A stretch of DNA of 63,825 bases, filler included, from Octopus bimaculoides (lineage: Eukaryota), in the NCBI RefSeq assembly GCF_001194135.2. It is 4 parts of 3 records of this genome, joined end to end, with 100 filler letters (N's around TTAATTAATTAA, not from the genome) between each part and the next. Parts side by side here need not be neighbours in the genome. Positions count along the whole stretch, not along the records: positions 13,418 to 39,489 come from NC_068987.1; positions 39,590 to 62,433 come from NC_068986.1; 2 more parts are not named here. One strand, 5' to 3'. Both the position numbers and the translations under genes were made by a program. Each line of letters begins with the position of its first letter. Positions within the stretch are counted from its first letter, which is position 1. Positions 26,561-40,875 of this stretch are shown piece by piece. A model generated the notes under the pieces. It worked only from the letters and a program-made list of their open reading frames with translations, had not been told where the DNA came from and ran no database searches.

Positions 26561-27374
26561 CTAGTAAAAGCGTAATTGCAGAAACGGTTAGATGACCCAA
26601 ATCAGTGAAAGATAAATGTCTTGATAACAGGCACCATCAAGCATCGCGGAGCAAATGCAAATTAACACTACTTCAGTTAGCATTACCGCAATATTAATCA
26701 ATTTATTTCAATACAATTCATTACAACTATACATCATATCTCAGTTTGTCTAATGTTTCGAAAGCTCTTCGGAAGCGCTTTACGACATGCATTTTCTTGG
26801 AAAACTCGATATGTCTAATTATAAATGAAGCGACTTTTAGCTCATTGTCATTATAGAGTTTATTGCTTAAATAACATCGAGGGATGAAGTAAATTCTAGA
26901 AACAAATTGTTTATATCATTACTTCAGTGACATTAATCTGTATCGCTGATACTCGAAAAAAATAAGCTCTAGGATTTATGCTGCTTACGTCTAGTCATGA
27001 CATCAGCATCCGTCACATATCACAAGAATGGGATTACATAAACAGTAATCATGATTCGTTTTTTCACATCCTAGTTGTCTAAATTTGATGTTCAACAATA
27101 ATTTCCTTGTTTTAACATACAATTTATACGATTAGGTTCGAGATCAGGAATTCATGTGTTGTATGTTGCTATTTTGCACATTTCTTCTCTTCTGTGTACA
27201 ACTGCAGTTGTTCAATGATTTCCGTTAAGAGGGTAATAGAGATTGTGCAAATGTCAGAGATCCGATCAAAATGCTTAATTACATCCATTTTATTATACAG
27301 CATTTTCCTGAGCAAATCGATTCCTAGTTGATTCATTTGCATTTCTCCTAAATTGATAAATAAATCGATAAAAT

Positions 27375-27570
27375 ATTGGCTTCCAATTTTGGGGCAAGGC
27401 CAGCAATTTTGGGGAAGGGGGAAGTCGATGACAACTACAAATAGTACATTTTTTTTATCGATTCCAAAAAGATGAAAGACAAAGTTGACCTCGAAGGAAT
27501 TTGCACTCAGAACATAAAGGCAGATGAAATGCCGCTTAGCGTATTAACGAGTCTTTCAGCTCGCCGCCTT
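27375..27570 (-). mobile_element. Family A SINE
   Basis: gatgaaagacaaagttgacctcgaaggaatttgcactcagaac. Confidence 0.75.
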
Positions 27571-29178
27571 AGCGAGATGCGATATAAATATCACGTATTT
27601 ATACTTTTAATCACTAATTAAAATTTTCACCATCTTATTAAAGATAATTATCATGATAATAATACTACTGATTATGATGAGGGATAATCCCTCTCTTCAT
27701 TTTCTTCTCCTTCATCGTTGCCTTTTCTCAATTTTTTATACTCAAACGTTCTTAATGTAACTGGATTCCAGATAATGAAAGAACTCACAATGCTTCACTA
27801 TACGTCAGCTTTCCTACTAGTCAAAAATATCTCACATGGCTATTGTTGCTATATATTTGTTCCATATTCTTACTTCAATAATACTTTCCAGAAGATTCTA
27901 GGGACTAATAAATATCAACAATAAGCTAAATCAATCAGTTTAGGCCTCCTCATAAAATCGGCTCTTTGTATCGTCGACAGTAATCCCATGTTTCAGTTTT
28001 GTCCATTGTTTCTTATTTTTTTGCATTTTGACTCATTCTTCTATACTGTGCCTTATTATTTCACATTGTGTTCCATGCCTCTATATTCTGACTCCCAGTG
28101 TTGCTCGTAGCAATATCGATTCTTATCTTCCCTATCGATAAAATACTATGTGAGCCGATTTAATTGATTATAGCTGTCCACTAAAATATTTAGTCGCGTG
28201 TCTAATCAAGTGAAAATTTTATTACTTTCTACTTCGTATCAACAGGAACCTATTTTGTACTTTGATATGTTCTAATCTTCTGATTGGGTGATTTTTGGCT
28301 TTCTCCATAATTCCATTGGACTGCTTTTAACTTGTGCACGAGTCTTCACAATGGAAGTTGTTATATTTTAACTTTGATATATTTAGCATGTCAGGGAGCT
28401 ATATGCACATTTGTAAAGCTGTTGATTATCGTTGTTTGACATATGCTAATACTCACTGAAATACCAACATTATTCACCCACGTTAGTTTTACTATATTAA
28501 TCTACATTAAAACAATTTATTCACTAACATTTTACCGCTTCCATTGATAAATGCATATACAATAAATTATTCAATAAGTGCTGCGCATATGTGAACAGGT
28601 TTAGTGTATAGATTCTAAAGAAAAGAAAAAATACAAAAAAAAAAAACTATCTGTAGTTTCATGAAAATCCATAAATATATCGACTATGGTTTTCACAATA
28701 GCACAACGAACAATTTTTGTTGTCGAAATTGATTGATTGAGAAACATAAATCTATGAAACAGTGAGTAATAAATTCCTCGATTCACTGGCACTCAATGGC
28801 TGTGTTGGCAATCATAAAATAGCTATGATTCATCAGTTTAGCAGTAGTGTTCTATATTTATATAGTTTGTATTAAAACGAACAGGTCTTTATCTCATCGA
28901 TAATGTCGTAAATCAACATCTGTAGATTACAAACATATTTTTTGTTTGAGATTAAGAAATAGCTATTATTTTAAGTTATTCAGAATACTAAATGGCCGTA
29001 ACGGAATTTAATGGTATCTTTTCTGGAAAACAAAAAGGAATAGAAACGACATCTATGTGTATTTTACTGGCAGAGGCTTCAGATGACCCTCAGGCATAAG
29101 TCAAAACACACATATAAACCTAAATACTTGTATTCATATATGAGACATACATTGTATCGAAGTGCTAACACGTTTATC

Positions 29179-29231
<53 letters not shown>

Positions 29232-29767
29232 GTCTGTCTGTCTATCTGTTTGTCTGTCTGTCTGTTTGTCTGTCTGCCTGTCTGTCTGTCTGCCTGTCTG
29301 TCTAACTGCCTATCTTATTTGTTTTATTTGAGGACAATGTTTAGATATTTTCAAATGTAAACAAACTTACTTTAAAAGACGCATAGTTCATGTGCTCAGA
29401 AATTTAGTTTAAAATTTAGCTAACGTCGAACGTTAAAATGCTACTAAAGCATCAAATCCATTTGAAAAGAAATCCGCACTTACAATATTATACTCATATT
29501 CACATTTACACCAATAAAGGTCAACGCGATGGAGGTGGCAAAAGGACGGCTGTAACCTTTCGTCAGTCGTGCAATATACGAATAACTACACTAGGATATT
29601 TTTGGGTTATTTTGTTGATCGAAGCGGTTCCTTTTATACTCTTATAGGTATATTTTTTCATCTTTNNNNNNNNNNNNNNNNNNNNNNNNNNNNNNNNNNN
29701 NNNNNNNNNNNNNNNNNNNNNNNNNNNNNNNNNNNNNNNNNNNNNNNNNNNNTATATATATATATAC

Positions 29768-29803
<36 letters not shown>

Positions 29804-30493
29804 CTGTGTGTGTGCATGTATGTATGTGTGCATGTATGTATATGTTTATGTATGTATATGTGTATGTATGTATGTGTATATGTCTGTGTGTGTGTGTAAC
29901 CTAAGAGCTTGTTGTCACCAGAATATACCACTACTATCAGCACTGCTTCACTCTTCTTATATCTCTCAGTATTTCCCTGCTTCACTGTTCAAGAGAGAGA
30001 GGAGAGAGAGAGAGAGAGAGGGGGAGCGAGAGAGAGAGAGAGAGAGAAAGTAAGAAAGAGTGAGAGAAAGATTGACACCGCTACTATATTTCAAATTGCT
30101 GTCTATATTTTCATTCTTGGCAGGCTGTAGTATGTGCTTCAGGCAAATCTGTCAGTTGTTTCTCCAAGTGAGATATTGATAACGATATATACTGTTTTCT
30201 GAGAGTTCGTTTAAACATTCCTTAATGTAGAGCGAATATACATAAAAACATAATATACTCACGTACATCGTTATATGTGTGTATGCGTATAAACGCACAC
30301 AAACAGGCATACATACATACATACATACATACATACACACACACACACNNNNNNNNNNACACACACAAACACACACACTCACACGCACTCACATATATAT
30401 ATATATATTATATGTATGTGCATGTATGTTTCTGTTAATACGTATATAGGTAATATACATATACATGGATATACACATTTACATATACATATG

Positions 30494-30539
<46 letters not shown>

Positions 30540-31928
30540 NNNNNNNNNNNNNNNNNNNNNNNNNNNNNNNNNNNNNNNNNNNNNNNNNNNNNNNNNNNNN
30601 NNNNNNNNNNNNNNNNNNNNNNNNNNNNNNNNNNNNNNNNNNNNNNNNNNNNNNNNNNNNNNNNNNNNNNNNNNNNNNNNNNNNNNNNNNNNNNNNNNNN
30701 NNNNNNNNNNNNNNNNNNNNNNNNNNNNNNNNNNNNNNNNNNNNNNNNNNNNNNNNNNNNNNNNNNNNNNNNNNNNNNNNNNNNNNNNNNNNNNNNNNNN
30801 NNNNNNNNNNNNNNNNNNNNNNNNNNNNNNNNNNNNNNNNNNNNNNNNNNNNNNNNNNNNNNNNNNNNNNNNNNNNNNNNNNNNNNNNNNNNNNNNNNNN
30901 NNNNNNNNNNNNNNNNNNNNNNNNNNNNNNNNNNNNNNNNNNNNNNNNNNNNNNNNNNNNNNNNNNNNNNNNNNNNNNNNNNNNNNNNNNNNNNNNNNNN
31001 NNNNNNNNNNNNNNNNNNNNNNNNNNNNNNNNNNNNNNNNNNNNNNNNNNNNNNNNNNNNNNNNNNNNNNNNNNNNNNNNNNNNNNNNNNNNNNNNNNNN
31101 NNNNNNNNNNNNNNNNNNNNNNNNNNNNNNNNNNNNNNNNNNNNNNNNNNNNNNNNNNNNNNNNNNNNNNNNNNNNNNNNNNNNNNNNNNNNNNNNNNNN
31201 NNNNNNNNNNNNNNNNNNNNNNNNNNNNNNNNNNNNNNNNNNNNNNNNNNNNNNNNNNNNNNNNNNNNNNNNNNNNNNNNNNNNNNNNNNNNNNNNNNNN
31301 NNNNNNNNNNNNNNNNNNNNNNNNNNNNNNNNNNNNNNNNNNNNNNNNNNNNNNNNNNNNNNNNNNNNNNNNNNNNNNNNNNNNNNNNNNNNNNNNNNNN
31401 NNNNNNNNNNNNNNNNNNNNNNNNNNNNNNNNNNNNNNNNNNNNNNAGTGAGAGACCGATAGCAATAAGAGTGTGTGTGTGTGTGTGTGTCTGTCTGGGA
31501 GAGAGAGAAAGAATTAGAGAATCATGAACGACTTTTAGAGGACTATGATATCTTATCTTTCCAGGGTGGAATAAGCCCTGCCAAAGATCTAATCGCCTAA
31601 TGCTCTGGAAAGTGCGTGGACTTCTTTTCAATGACTGAAACCATTGAAAGTGTCGAGGAGCAACAAGTATGAATTGTAGGATGTTATTTAATAGCCATTT
31701 GTCTTCAATGTATGTATGTATGTATGTATGTATGTATGTATGTATGTATGTATGTATCTNNNNNNNNNNNNNNNNNNNNNNNNNNNNNNNNNNNNNNNNN
31801 NNNNNNNNNNNNNNNNNNNNNNNNNNNNNNNNNNNNNNNNNNNNNNNNNNNNNNNNNNNNNNNNNNNNNNNNNNNNNNNNNNNNNNNNNNNNNNNNNNNN
31901 NNNNNNNNNNNNNNNNTATATATGTACA

Positions 31929-33101
31929 TTGTGTCATCCCGTAAATAATGCGGTCTTTTTAATTGCATGAACTAAAAGTCAGAGGAGGACGGGATAAACT
32001 ACTTGAATCAACTTGCTATAAAAGCAGCTATTAATTTTATCTTCATACTTATTCTCAGTGAAAGTTTTTGAAGAGTGCAATCGATTTTAACAGTTATTTT
32101 TTCAGAGCTATAATGGAAGTGACGAAGGTGCATATTGAACATATTTTGAATATTTTGCTTTATGAGTTCAATAAAGGCAACAACGCAACGGAAAGTGTGA
32201 GGAATATTAATGCAGTATATGGGGATAGGACAATAAGCGTAAGCCAATTTCAACGGTGGCTCCAGAAATTCCGAGCCGGAAACTACAATCTAGAAGTCAA
32301 GCCTCGTCCTGGAAGATCTGTAGAGCTCGACGAGGACTTCCTGCTAACACTGGCGGAACAAAATCGTAACTGTTGAGGAACTAGTAAAGAGGGTGGTATT
32401 TGCTCATTCAACCATTCATCGACACTTGCGTGTCATCCGAAAAGCCAGAAAATTGGGTCTAATCGCGTGCAGAGAGTAAATGTGTGCTTTTCTTTGTGGT
32501 CACGTCTCACGAATGAACCTTTTTTGGGACCGAATAGTGACTGGCAACAAGAAATGGATTCTCTATAAATGGGTTCACTATAGAAATCTCAAGACAGTGT
32601 GTAGGAAAAGGAGATACACTCGCACTCCAAGGTAAAGAAGGGCTTCACCCACGTAAGGTGTTATCTGTTTGGTAGGATATGTTTATTCCATTTTGAACTT
32701 TTAAATCCAACCAAACGATAACAAATACTTATAACAAGCAACTTGAGCGGCTTAAGTCAGCTCTAGAAGAAAAACGACCATCTTTGGCTTGAAGGCAAAA
32801 GGTGTTCTTGTATCAGGATAATCCTAGGCCACATACAGCGAGCATAACATTCCAAAGGCTAGACAGTTTTAATGGGAAACGATGCCGCACAAACTACATT
32901 CGCCGGACATTGCCCCATCTGGTTATCATTTATTCACGGACAAGTGAATTTTGAAAGAATGGCCTGGCAAATCTACAATATAGATGGAAGAGCATCGTAA
33001 AAAATGAAGGAGAGTATATTTTAGATAAAAAAAGAACTTTCCTTATCTTGATTTCGGAAAATAAAAGAAGCATAAAAAACGTTATTTATGGGATGACCCA
33101 A
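31929..33101 (+). mobile_element. Mariner-family (DD34D) transposon relic with TIRs
   Basis: TIRs ttgtgtcatcccgtaaataatg / cgttatttatgggatgacccaa followed by TA. HTH region ILLYEFNKGNNATESVRNINAVYG; motifs IVTGNKKWILY, YQDNPRPH and SPDIAPSGYHLF. Confidence 0.92.
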
Positions 33102-33113
33102 TATGTATATATA

Positions 33114-33601
33114 CTAGCTGTTAGACCCGGTGTTGTTCGTGTTTCCTGTGTTGAAGTTAAGCCCACCTCTGGCCTTGTATTGAAATCTTCTACGTTCCCC
33201 GTGCCAACTATCATCCATTAAGTCGTTATATCTGGTTCGGCAGCCTGTTGCAGGATGCGTAGATGTGTGGCAGGCGGAAGAAAAAATGGTCAGAGCAGGT
33301 ACCGGAGTTTTGTTGATGGAGAAGAGGGTTTCAAGAGGACACAAATGTGAATAAGCATTTCCTAAGAGACTATTCTATCGATCTTGTTGACATTTTACAC
33401 GTGCACAAATGCAAAAGCTGCAGGAAAAATAACATCGTTATGGAAATTTCCATTCAAACACCCGATTGAGCTCCCAAAATCGATGCCAACTGAACATTAT
33501 TTTGACCTTATTTGAACTTCAGGGCATGTGAGCTATCTATGTGCCAAAAATCATTAAAATCGATTGGACTGTTTGGGAGGAGTAAGAGTAACTCCAAACA
33601 C

Positions 33602-33640
<39 letters not shown>

Positions 33641-33662
33641 CCATTACAAATTTATGTATATA
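33114..33662 (-). mobile_element. Non-autonomous Helitron-like element with an (ACAG)n tract
   Basis: Plus-strand start a|CTAGctgttagacccgg corresponds to a minus-strand CTAG|T 3' end. The other end has (ACAG)n then tttatgtatataaat. This layout resembles known non-autonomous Helitrons. Confidence 0.6.
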
Positions 33663-33757
33663 AATATACATACATACATACATACATACATACATACAAA
33701 CATACATACATACATACATATATATATATATTTATATATATATATATATACACATAC

Positions 33758-33797
<40 letters not shown>

Positions 33798-34049
33798 ATA
33801 TGCATATATATATTTGAAAAAGGAAAAGAATGACTTAAGTGGTTTGTTCTAATGAATTTAAAAGTACATATATTTAAAAAGTGCATATACCCCCAAAAGA
33901 TGCATATGTCCAAACGGAAGTGGATGACACCCACACTTTCAATTATTCAATTGTTAAAGAGAACAACTCTTGAAGGTTCACTACTATTTCACTAATTTCA
34001 TTACCTCAATGTACAAGCGAAATTAAACATTTGAGTAGTGTAGATACGT

Positions 34050-34505
34050 ATACATATGTGTGTGGTTATTCGTATGCATGTGTATGTAGGTATATATAAT
34101 TATACATGTGTGAATACATGTGCAAATATATGGGTCCGTATGAAAAAAATATATATATGTGCATGTATGCACACATATATATAATGTATATACATATGTA
34201 TATATCTATGTATGTATTTGTATGTATATGCATATATGTATGTGTATATGGATATACGTATGTGTATGCATATGTGTGTATATATGTATGTGTATATATT
34301 ATGTGTATATATATGTATGTATATGTGTGTATGTATATGTATGCATATATGTGTATGCATATGTGCGTGTGTATATACATATATACATATATAAGTATGT
34401 ATATATATGTATATGTTTGTATATATATTTGTGTATGCATATGTGCGTGTGTATATACATATATACATATATAAGTATGTATATATATATATGTATATGT
34501 ATGTA

Positions 34506-34541
<36 letters not shown>

Positions 34542-34600
34542 TATGTATGTCTGTATATACGTAAATATATATGTGTGTATAATTTTTGCTTATATGTAGG
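34050..34600. repeat. Cryptic (TA/TG) microsatellite with an internal direct repeat
   Basis: gtatgcatatgtgcgtgtgtatatacatatatacatatataagtatgtatatata occurs near 34354 and near 34434. Confidence 0.9.
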
Positions 34601-35338
34601 GAAGTAAATGTATGAGCTAGCATGATCTCCGTCACCTCACCCCGCAAACGAATATGAAAAATACATTTCTATCAACAAGCATTCCAAATCTAACCTTATA
34701 TTTTTTTTATTTGCTATCATCCGTTCGTATCAAAAGATATGTATCTTACACCTCATAAACCCCCACTCCAGAAACACACCGAAGCTTAGCTTTAACTGAG
34801 ACAATTACTGAAGCTTCTATTTATGAAATTATGATAGATGATCCAGCCATAAGAGAATTTGAAAAGCATCTGATCATTATATTTTTTACTAAAGGTCAAC
34901 TGTTCAAATGAAAGCAGTAGAAGGGCACTTTCATAAAACACCCCTTAAACACTCCACCCTCAATTGATTATCTTGTTTTTACCATTCACAATTTTTTTTC
35001 AACCCTTGTTCATCAACACAGCTTCACTCCTATACTTATTAACAAACCCCATCCTCACCCCAGACACACCCAAATTTCTTATATATAGAATTACACAGCA
35101 CAGCACAACCTGAGAACAGTCTGACAATCGCCACCGACGAATGCGAGAAAGTTCTCCAGAAAAATTAATAATGAATCTTAAAAAATTCTCCCAACTAATT
35201 TAACAAAGAACTTACTACATCTAAAAACCAAACTAAAATTATATTATTAGAAAATTAAATTGATAAAGCTACCAGCAAACTCATTCGTTTCCTTTTTCAA
35301 ATATACGTAACTGTACCAAGGATTTCACACATTATCTA

Positions 35339-35384
<46 letters not shown>

Positions 35385-35766
35385 NNNNNNNNNNNNNNNN
35401 NNNNNNNNNNNNNNNNNNNNNNNNNNNNNNNNNNNNNNNNNNNNNNNNNNNNNNNNNNNNNNNNNNNNNNNNNNNNNNNNNNNNNNNNNNNNNNNNNNNN
35501 NNNNNNNNNNNNNNNNNNNNNNNNNNNNNNNNNNNNNNNNNNNNNNNNNNNNNNNNNNNNNNNNNNNNNNNNNNNNNNNNNNNNNNNNNNNNNNNNNNNN
35601 NNNNNNNNNNNNNNNNNNNNNNNNNNNNNNNNNNNNNNNNNNNNNNNNNNNNNNNNNNNNNNNNNNNNNNNNNNNNNNNNNNNNNNNNNNNNNNNNNNNN
35701 NNNNNNNNNNNNNNNNNNNNNNNNNNNNNNNNNNNNNNNNNNNNNNNNNNNNNNNNNNNNNNNNNN

Positions 35767-35840
<74 letters not shown>

Positions 35841-36527
35841 CGCACAAAGTATACAAACGCTAATGATCGTGGCTCTATTTGGTCGCTTGAACTACCAGAA
35901 ATAACAACCGAATCTTGCTAATCAAAATAGTTAATTATCTTATGTGATGTTGTTTTATATTGAGAATGTTTTTGATGTAATTTAACTCAACGTCAGCTTC
36001 GATTATGACTATGTGTAATTAAAGGGTGTCCAGTCATGCCATCTCGAAGCATAATGTATTCAGTACTACTCTACCTAAGTTCTTTACTTGTTTTAATTAT
36101 TTAGTTTGTTTTAGCTGTCATGTGCTGGAACACCACTTTTATATATAAACTTATTTTAAATAAATTTGAGTGTGAAATTCGGCTGCTATATATAATGGGC
36201 ATCTCTCTTTATTGATCAACTGGACATGGGGAACAACATCTTGAACGACGCCCTACCAAGCTTTAAAAAAATATATATTAACGTTTCTTTGACATTTAAA
36301 CGCCTCTGGTGTGCTTTTATCGTTGCGGCGACGATGATGAAACCTACCAACTTACCTCGACTGCTTTACTATTTCTACATTGCAGCTATACACCCACGCT
36401 TATCGGAAAATTAAATGTACATAATGAACATCAGCATCAATACTTCACTCTGGTCAAACACATTATGTGCTACTAAAAACTAAATATATCTCAACTCCAA
36501 CAATACATACATACATACATACATACA

Positions 36528-36563
<36 letters not shown>

Positions 36564-36851
36564 TATACATACATACATACATATATNNNNNNNNNNNNNN
36601 NNNNNNNNNNNNNNNNNNNNNNNNNNNNNNNNNNNNNNNNNNNNNNNNNNNNNNNNNNNNNNNNNNNNNNNNNNNNNNNNNNNNNNNNNNNNNNNNNNNN
36701 NNNNNNNNNNNNNNNNNNNNNNNNNNNNNNNNNNNNNNNNNNNNNNNNNNNNNNNNNNNNNNNNNNNNNNNNNNNNNNNNNNNNNNNNNNNNNNNNNNNN
36801 NNNNNNNNNNNNNNNNNNNNNNNNNNNNNNNNNNNNNNNNNNNNNNNNNNN

Positions 36852-36944
36852 AGCTCCAAGAGGCCATCGCCTCTAGCTAGCTATGTGAAAGGACACAGAT
36901 TCGTGTGTCACATTGCTAGTTAGAGGCGATGGCCTCTTGGAGCT
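36852..36944. repeat. 93-bp hairpin: 37-bp arms with 2 mismatches
   Basis: agctccaagaggccatcgcctctagctagctatgtga and its reverse complement. Confidence 0.92.
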
Positions 36945-37934
36945 AATCCACGGCAGCATTCGTCCTATATTTGGGACTGCCATGTTGGCTTGGCGATAAT
37001 TATTAATATATATATATATAAGAACGATCGGCAAATGTCACATGTCTGCAGTGAGATATATAGAATATTACTCGAGACTTACAATCTGAAATAGTTTCAG
37101 GTGAATGTCAGTTTACCAACTCGGAGATATTTTACACCCAGTTGATGTTGTGTTCTGTACAGAAACAACGTCTTCATAAATGTTTCCCTAAAACCAAAAG
37201 AGTGTAAATTTGTCAAGTAAAACGGAGAATGCGAACCTCTGTGTGATGTCCACACTGAAAAGCAGCCGATCCCGGTCGAGAATGAAGGAAATTCACCCCC
37301 AAAACTGCACAATATCTTTGAAAATGTATTACAAGAAGCGTTCTACAACTGGAAGCGATGTATCAACAGTGTAAAAATAAAGCTGCTTGCATTGTAACTA
37401 AAGTAATACATTTTAATTTCTAAAAAGTTTATTTTTTTGCTTCTGCCTTGCTAAACCGAATTCGATGATCCAGGACATTGATTGTAACAGGAAGTTAAAA
37501 TTTCAGTAAAGTGAGACTTACTCAACTATGCAGGAGAATTGGCTACAGCTACTATAGTCAGTTTCGGGAATTTAATCCTAGGAAAATAGATAAAATCTAT
37601 AAACACTATATATAAAATTGATATAAAGTAAAGCAAAAGAGAAAAAAAGACAAACAATCCAATAAAATTACCCGAAACGTATCTAATTTTGTTAAATAAC
37701 TGTATATATTGAATTGTAATCCCAGTACGACGGGGAAAGATGCTTAGCTTGTTGCAAAACATTTCATTCGTGTATTAGTAATTTGCAACTTTGGAAATTA
37801 TACGGAATACATATTCGTCTGTCTAAACTGATAAATATAACAATTTGTGAAATTAATGGGCAATACGTGCCCACATTAGCGAAAGACAGATTCAATATAT
37901 ATGTATATGTTTAAATATATGTATATGTAAATAT

Positions 37935-38082
<148 letters not shown>

Positions 38083-39245
38083 ATGCATATGTATGTATGT
38101 GTGTGTGAATGTGAAATTTCAAGAAAATTCAATAGACTATATCTCTGCAATTTGTAGCAATAAAATTATTGAGAAGATGCAACTCTGAATATAGATTCAC
38201 GTTTTCTTTCAGATAACTATTAACTATGATTTCAATATTCAGTCCTCTTTTATATTAAAATTCAACGAAGCAGTATTGAATTTTCTATCGAACTGTGTTT
38301 CTCAATGCAGTATCATAATATATTGAAGACTAACTTTATGTTAGTAATAGAAATAAATGTTAAAGACAAGGAAAAATTGATTTCGGGAAGGATACAAATT
38401 AGAACACGTATATAATTGTGCATGAGTCAGTGTCGCTTTAAGGATCGTGTTATAGTATTGTTTATATAAATAAAAGTTCTTTAGAATGTAGAAAACTAAT
38501 AATCGGCCAATCTTTACATCTAATAGTGTTACTTATTCAAACTATTGATGGTATTGAGTTTGCTCAACATGATGGGAAAATCGACAGAGATGTGTGCATA
38601 TTGTGTATTTAGTAGAATATATTCAAAGCCAACGATAACAAGAGGAGGAAATTAGTTCAGGGGAGTAGTAAATGTTGTAGTTGTTGTACAAGGAGCAGAT
38701 AAGAGGATACAGATAGAGCATTGGTTTCTGGGTGGTTAAAGTGTATCGATAAGTTTTGATTTGCTTATCTGTTCGGTTCTATCGTTTTACTTTTTGTATA
38801 TGGTGCGTTAGAAGTTTGTGTTTAACAACGGCATCATGCAGTTGTATCTGTTGATTCTGGATCTGGAACGAAACTTTTATCTTTCGGACGCAGTTTCACG
38901 TATACTCCATATATTGTTCATTTAAAGAGGTTATGGTGGAGCGAAGGTTAGAATTTTATCTGTATAAGAGTGTGTATGTCGAGATAAAAGAGATGCTTAT
39001 AAATTCCCGACAATGTGTAATGAGCAGTCATCCATCCATCCATCCATCCGTCCGTCCATCCGTTCATCCGTCTATTTGCCTGTCTGTTTGTCTCTCAGTC
39101 TGTGTGGCTGCCTGTCTGTCTGTCTGCATGCCTATCTACCAGCCTGTTTGCCTGTCAGTTCCACTGCCTGCCTGCCTGCCTGCTTGTCCGTCTGCCTATC
39201 TGTGTATCTGTCTATGTGTCTGTCTATGTGTCTGTCTGTGTGTGC

Positions 39246-39489
39246 GCAGACACGGGCTGAGACTGCGACATCTCCGGCTCTACGTAGACAACGGTGAACA
39301 GGTGTGGTCGTCGTTTGTGCGGCGCGCTTTCCCGCAGCTCGTCTCCATGACCGAACTGCAGTCGTGGTTCAAGAGGCCGAGGAAGGGCGAATGGCACCGC
39401 GAGTGTCGCGCTGCTCTTCGGCAACTCCAACAACCCGGGTCAACCTTGAGCGACTGCATCACAACTAACGCATTCTATAGTGGATTAGT
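39246..39489 (+). mobile_element. GC-rich coding-like fragment, probably non-LTR retrotransposon ORF2 (L1/Tx1-like)
   Basis: Open frame HGLRLRHLRLYVDNGEQVWSSFVRRAFPQLVSMTELQSWFKRPRKGEWHRECRAALRQL, GC far above the flanks, ends at a join. Family assignment is from memory only. Confidence 0.5.
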
Positions 39490-39533
39490 NNNNNNNNNNN
39501 NNNNNNNNNNNNNNNNNNNNNNNNNNNNNNNNN

Positions 39534-39545
39534 TTAATTAATTAA
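39534..39545. other. Artificial scaffold-join marker TTAATTAATTAA
   Basis: Same layout as at 13362. Confidence 0.93.
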
Positions 39546-39861
39546 NNNNNNNNNNNNNNNNNNNNNNNNNNNNNNNNNNNNNNNNNNNNATATATATGTA
39601 TATATACATATATACATTAATTCATATATACAAGGCAACAGAAATGATGGGAACCTACATTATGCTAGAAGCTATAGCCATTCATAATAAAATGGTTGCA
39701 GTGGTGGAATGTCCTCGTGAAAAGCTCAATGAAATATAAGCATAATTGACCTGAGAGTAATTTGAGATAGAAAAGAGAATTCCCAATAAAGGAACCTTGG
39801 ATTTAGGTTAGAAACCCGCATTTTTCTCTATTCACAACAAACCTTGAAATGAAACTGAATA

Positions 39862-40357
39862 CAGTAATCCCTCGAAAATTTTGGGTGATACGTTTCAAAA
39901 TCCCCGCGATAGTTGAACATCCATGAAGTAGAAAGGGTACTGTAAGGCATATAGCTTTTTAAAATTATTTTTATAATTTGTATATATTTATTTTATTATA
40001 AATGCAAAGCAACATCACACACTTGCCTCCGGAGTTGTTTCGTTTTTCATACAGTTTGTGCGGTTCTTTATTTACTCATCTGCGGTACTCTATATACTTT
40101 AATTTATGCATTATACAGTGCAGAAGTGTACTGTATATTTATTTATTTATTTATTTATCAATTTTTAGGCGTGAATATGTTTACTTTAGCACTGACAAAA
40201 ATTAAAATATTAAAAAAAAAACATATAAATAAGTATCGGCCGCAGAAACCCACGATATGCAGAAGCCCCGCGATATAAATTTACATATGGTATCCAGAAA
40301 AATTCACGATGTACTGAGGGTTTGATAGGTAAACAGTGATATGGCGAGTGATTATTG
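39862..40357. mobile_element. pogo/Tigger-like MITE with TA target duplication
   Basis: TA|CAGTAATCCCTCG ... CGAGTGATTATTG|TA terminal inverted repeats; no ORF. Confidence 0.75.
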
Positions 40358-40479
40358 TAATAACTTATATACATACATGCATACATACAAGATATACATC
40401 CATCCCTCCATCCATCCATCCATCCATCCATCCATCCATCCATCCATCCATACATACATACATAAATACATTATGTTTT

Positions 40480-40875
40480 AGCTAGGACACTCTATAAAGA
40501 AATTCTGCGGAAGGATAATCCCGAGGACAAAGGAATAAGAACTCACAGTATGGTAGAAGACATACACACTCATAATAGAAAGGGGAAACTGGCAGAATGT
40601 ATCAGTGAAGACTTCAATAAAATCTAAGCACATCAGATCTGATATAATGGTTTGGGATAGAGAACAGAAACTGTGCAGAGTTGTGGAAATTAGCTGCCCA
40701 ACGGATGTTAACGTAAAGTTGAAGATCAGTGAAAAACAGAATACCTACGCTGAACTATTGAGAAATCTGCAGTTACTCTATCCAGATTACAAGTCCAAGT
40801 TTAAACCTGTAACTATTGGGGTCCAGGGCTATGCAACACACTGCCTAAATACCAATCTTGAGAAATTAGGCATGG
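40480..40875 (+). mobile_element. Fragment of an RLE-type non-LTR retrotransposon (restriction-like endonuclease domain; NeSL/HERO/R4-like)
   Basis: KHIRSDIMVWDREQKLCRVVEISCPTD..KQNTYAELLRNL..PVTIGVQG fits the PD-(D/E)xK-type pattern RPDI..D..K..IE.S.P..K..Y..L..P..IG..G. Confidence 0.82.

Noticed and set aside
26730-26815. LRR-like words AFETLDKLRY
   Set aside because: Lacks the LxxNxI core, has the wrong length and phase, and an in-frame stop follows.
31500-31710. Open frame WLLNNILQF..RRLDLW between gaps
   Set aside because: No splice sites at LRR-compatible positions; the resemblance is superficial.
37521-37700. Exon-like splice sites and an NKIRYVSGNFIGL LRR-like string
   Set aside because: Spacing does not fit the LRR consensus, and the splice-bounded segment has stops in all frames.
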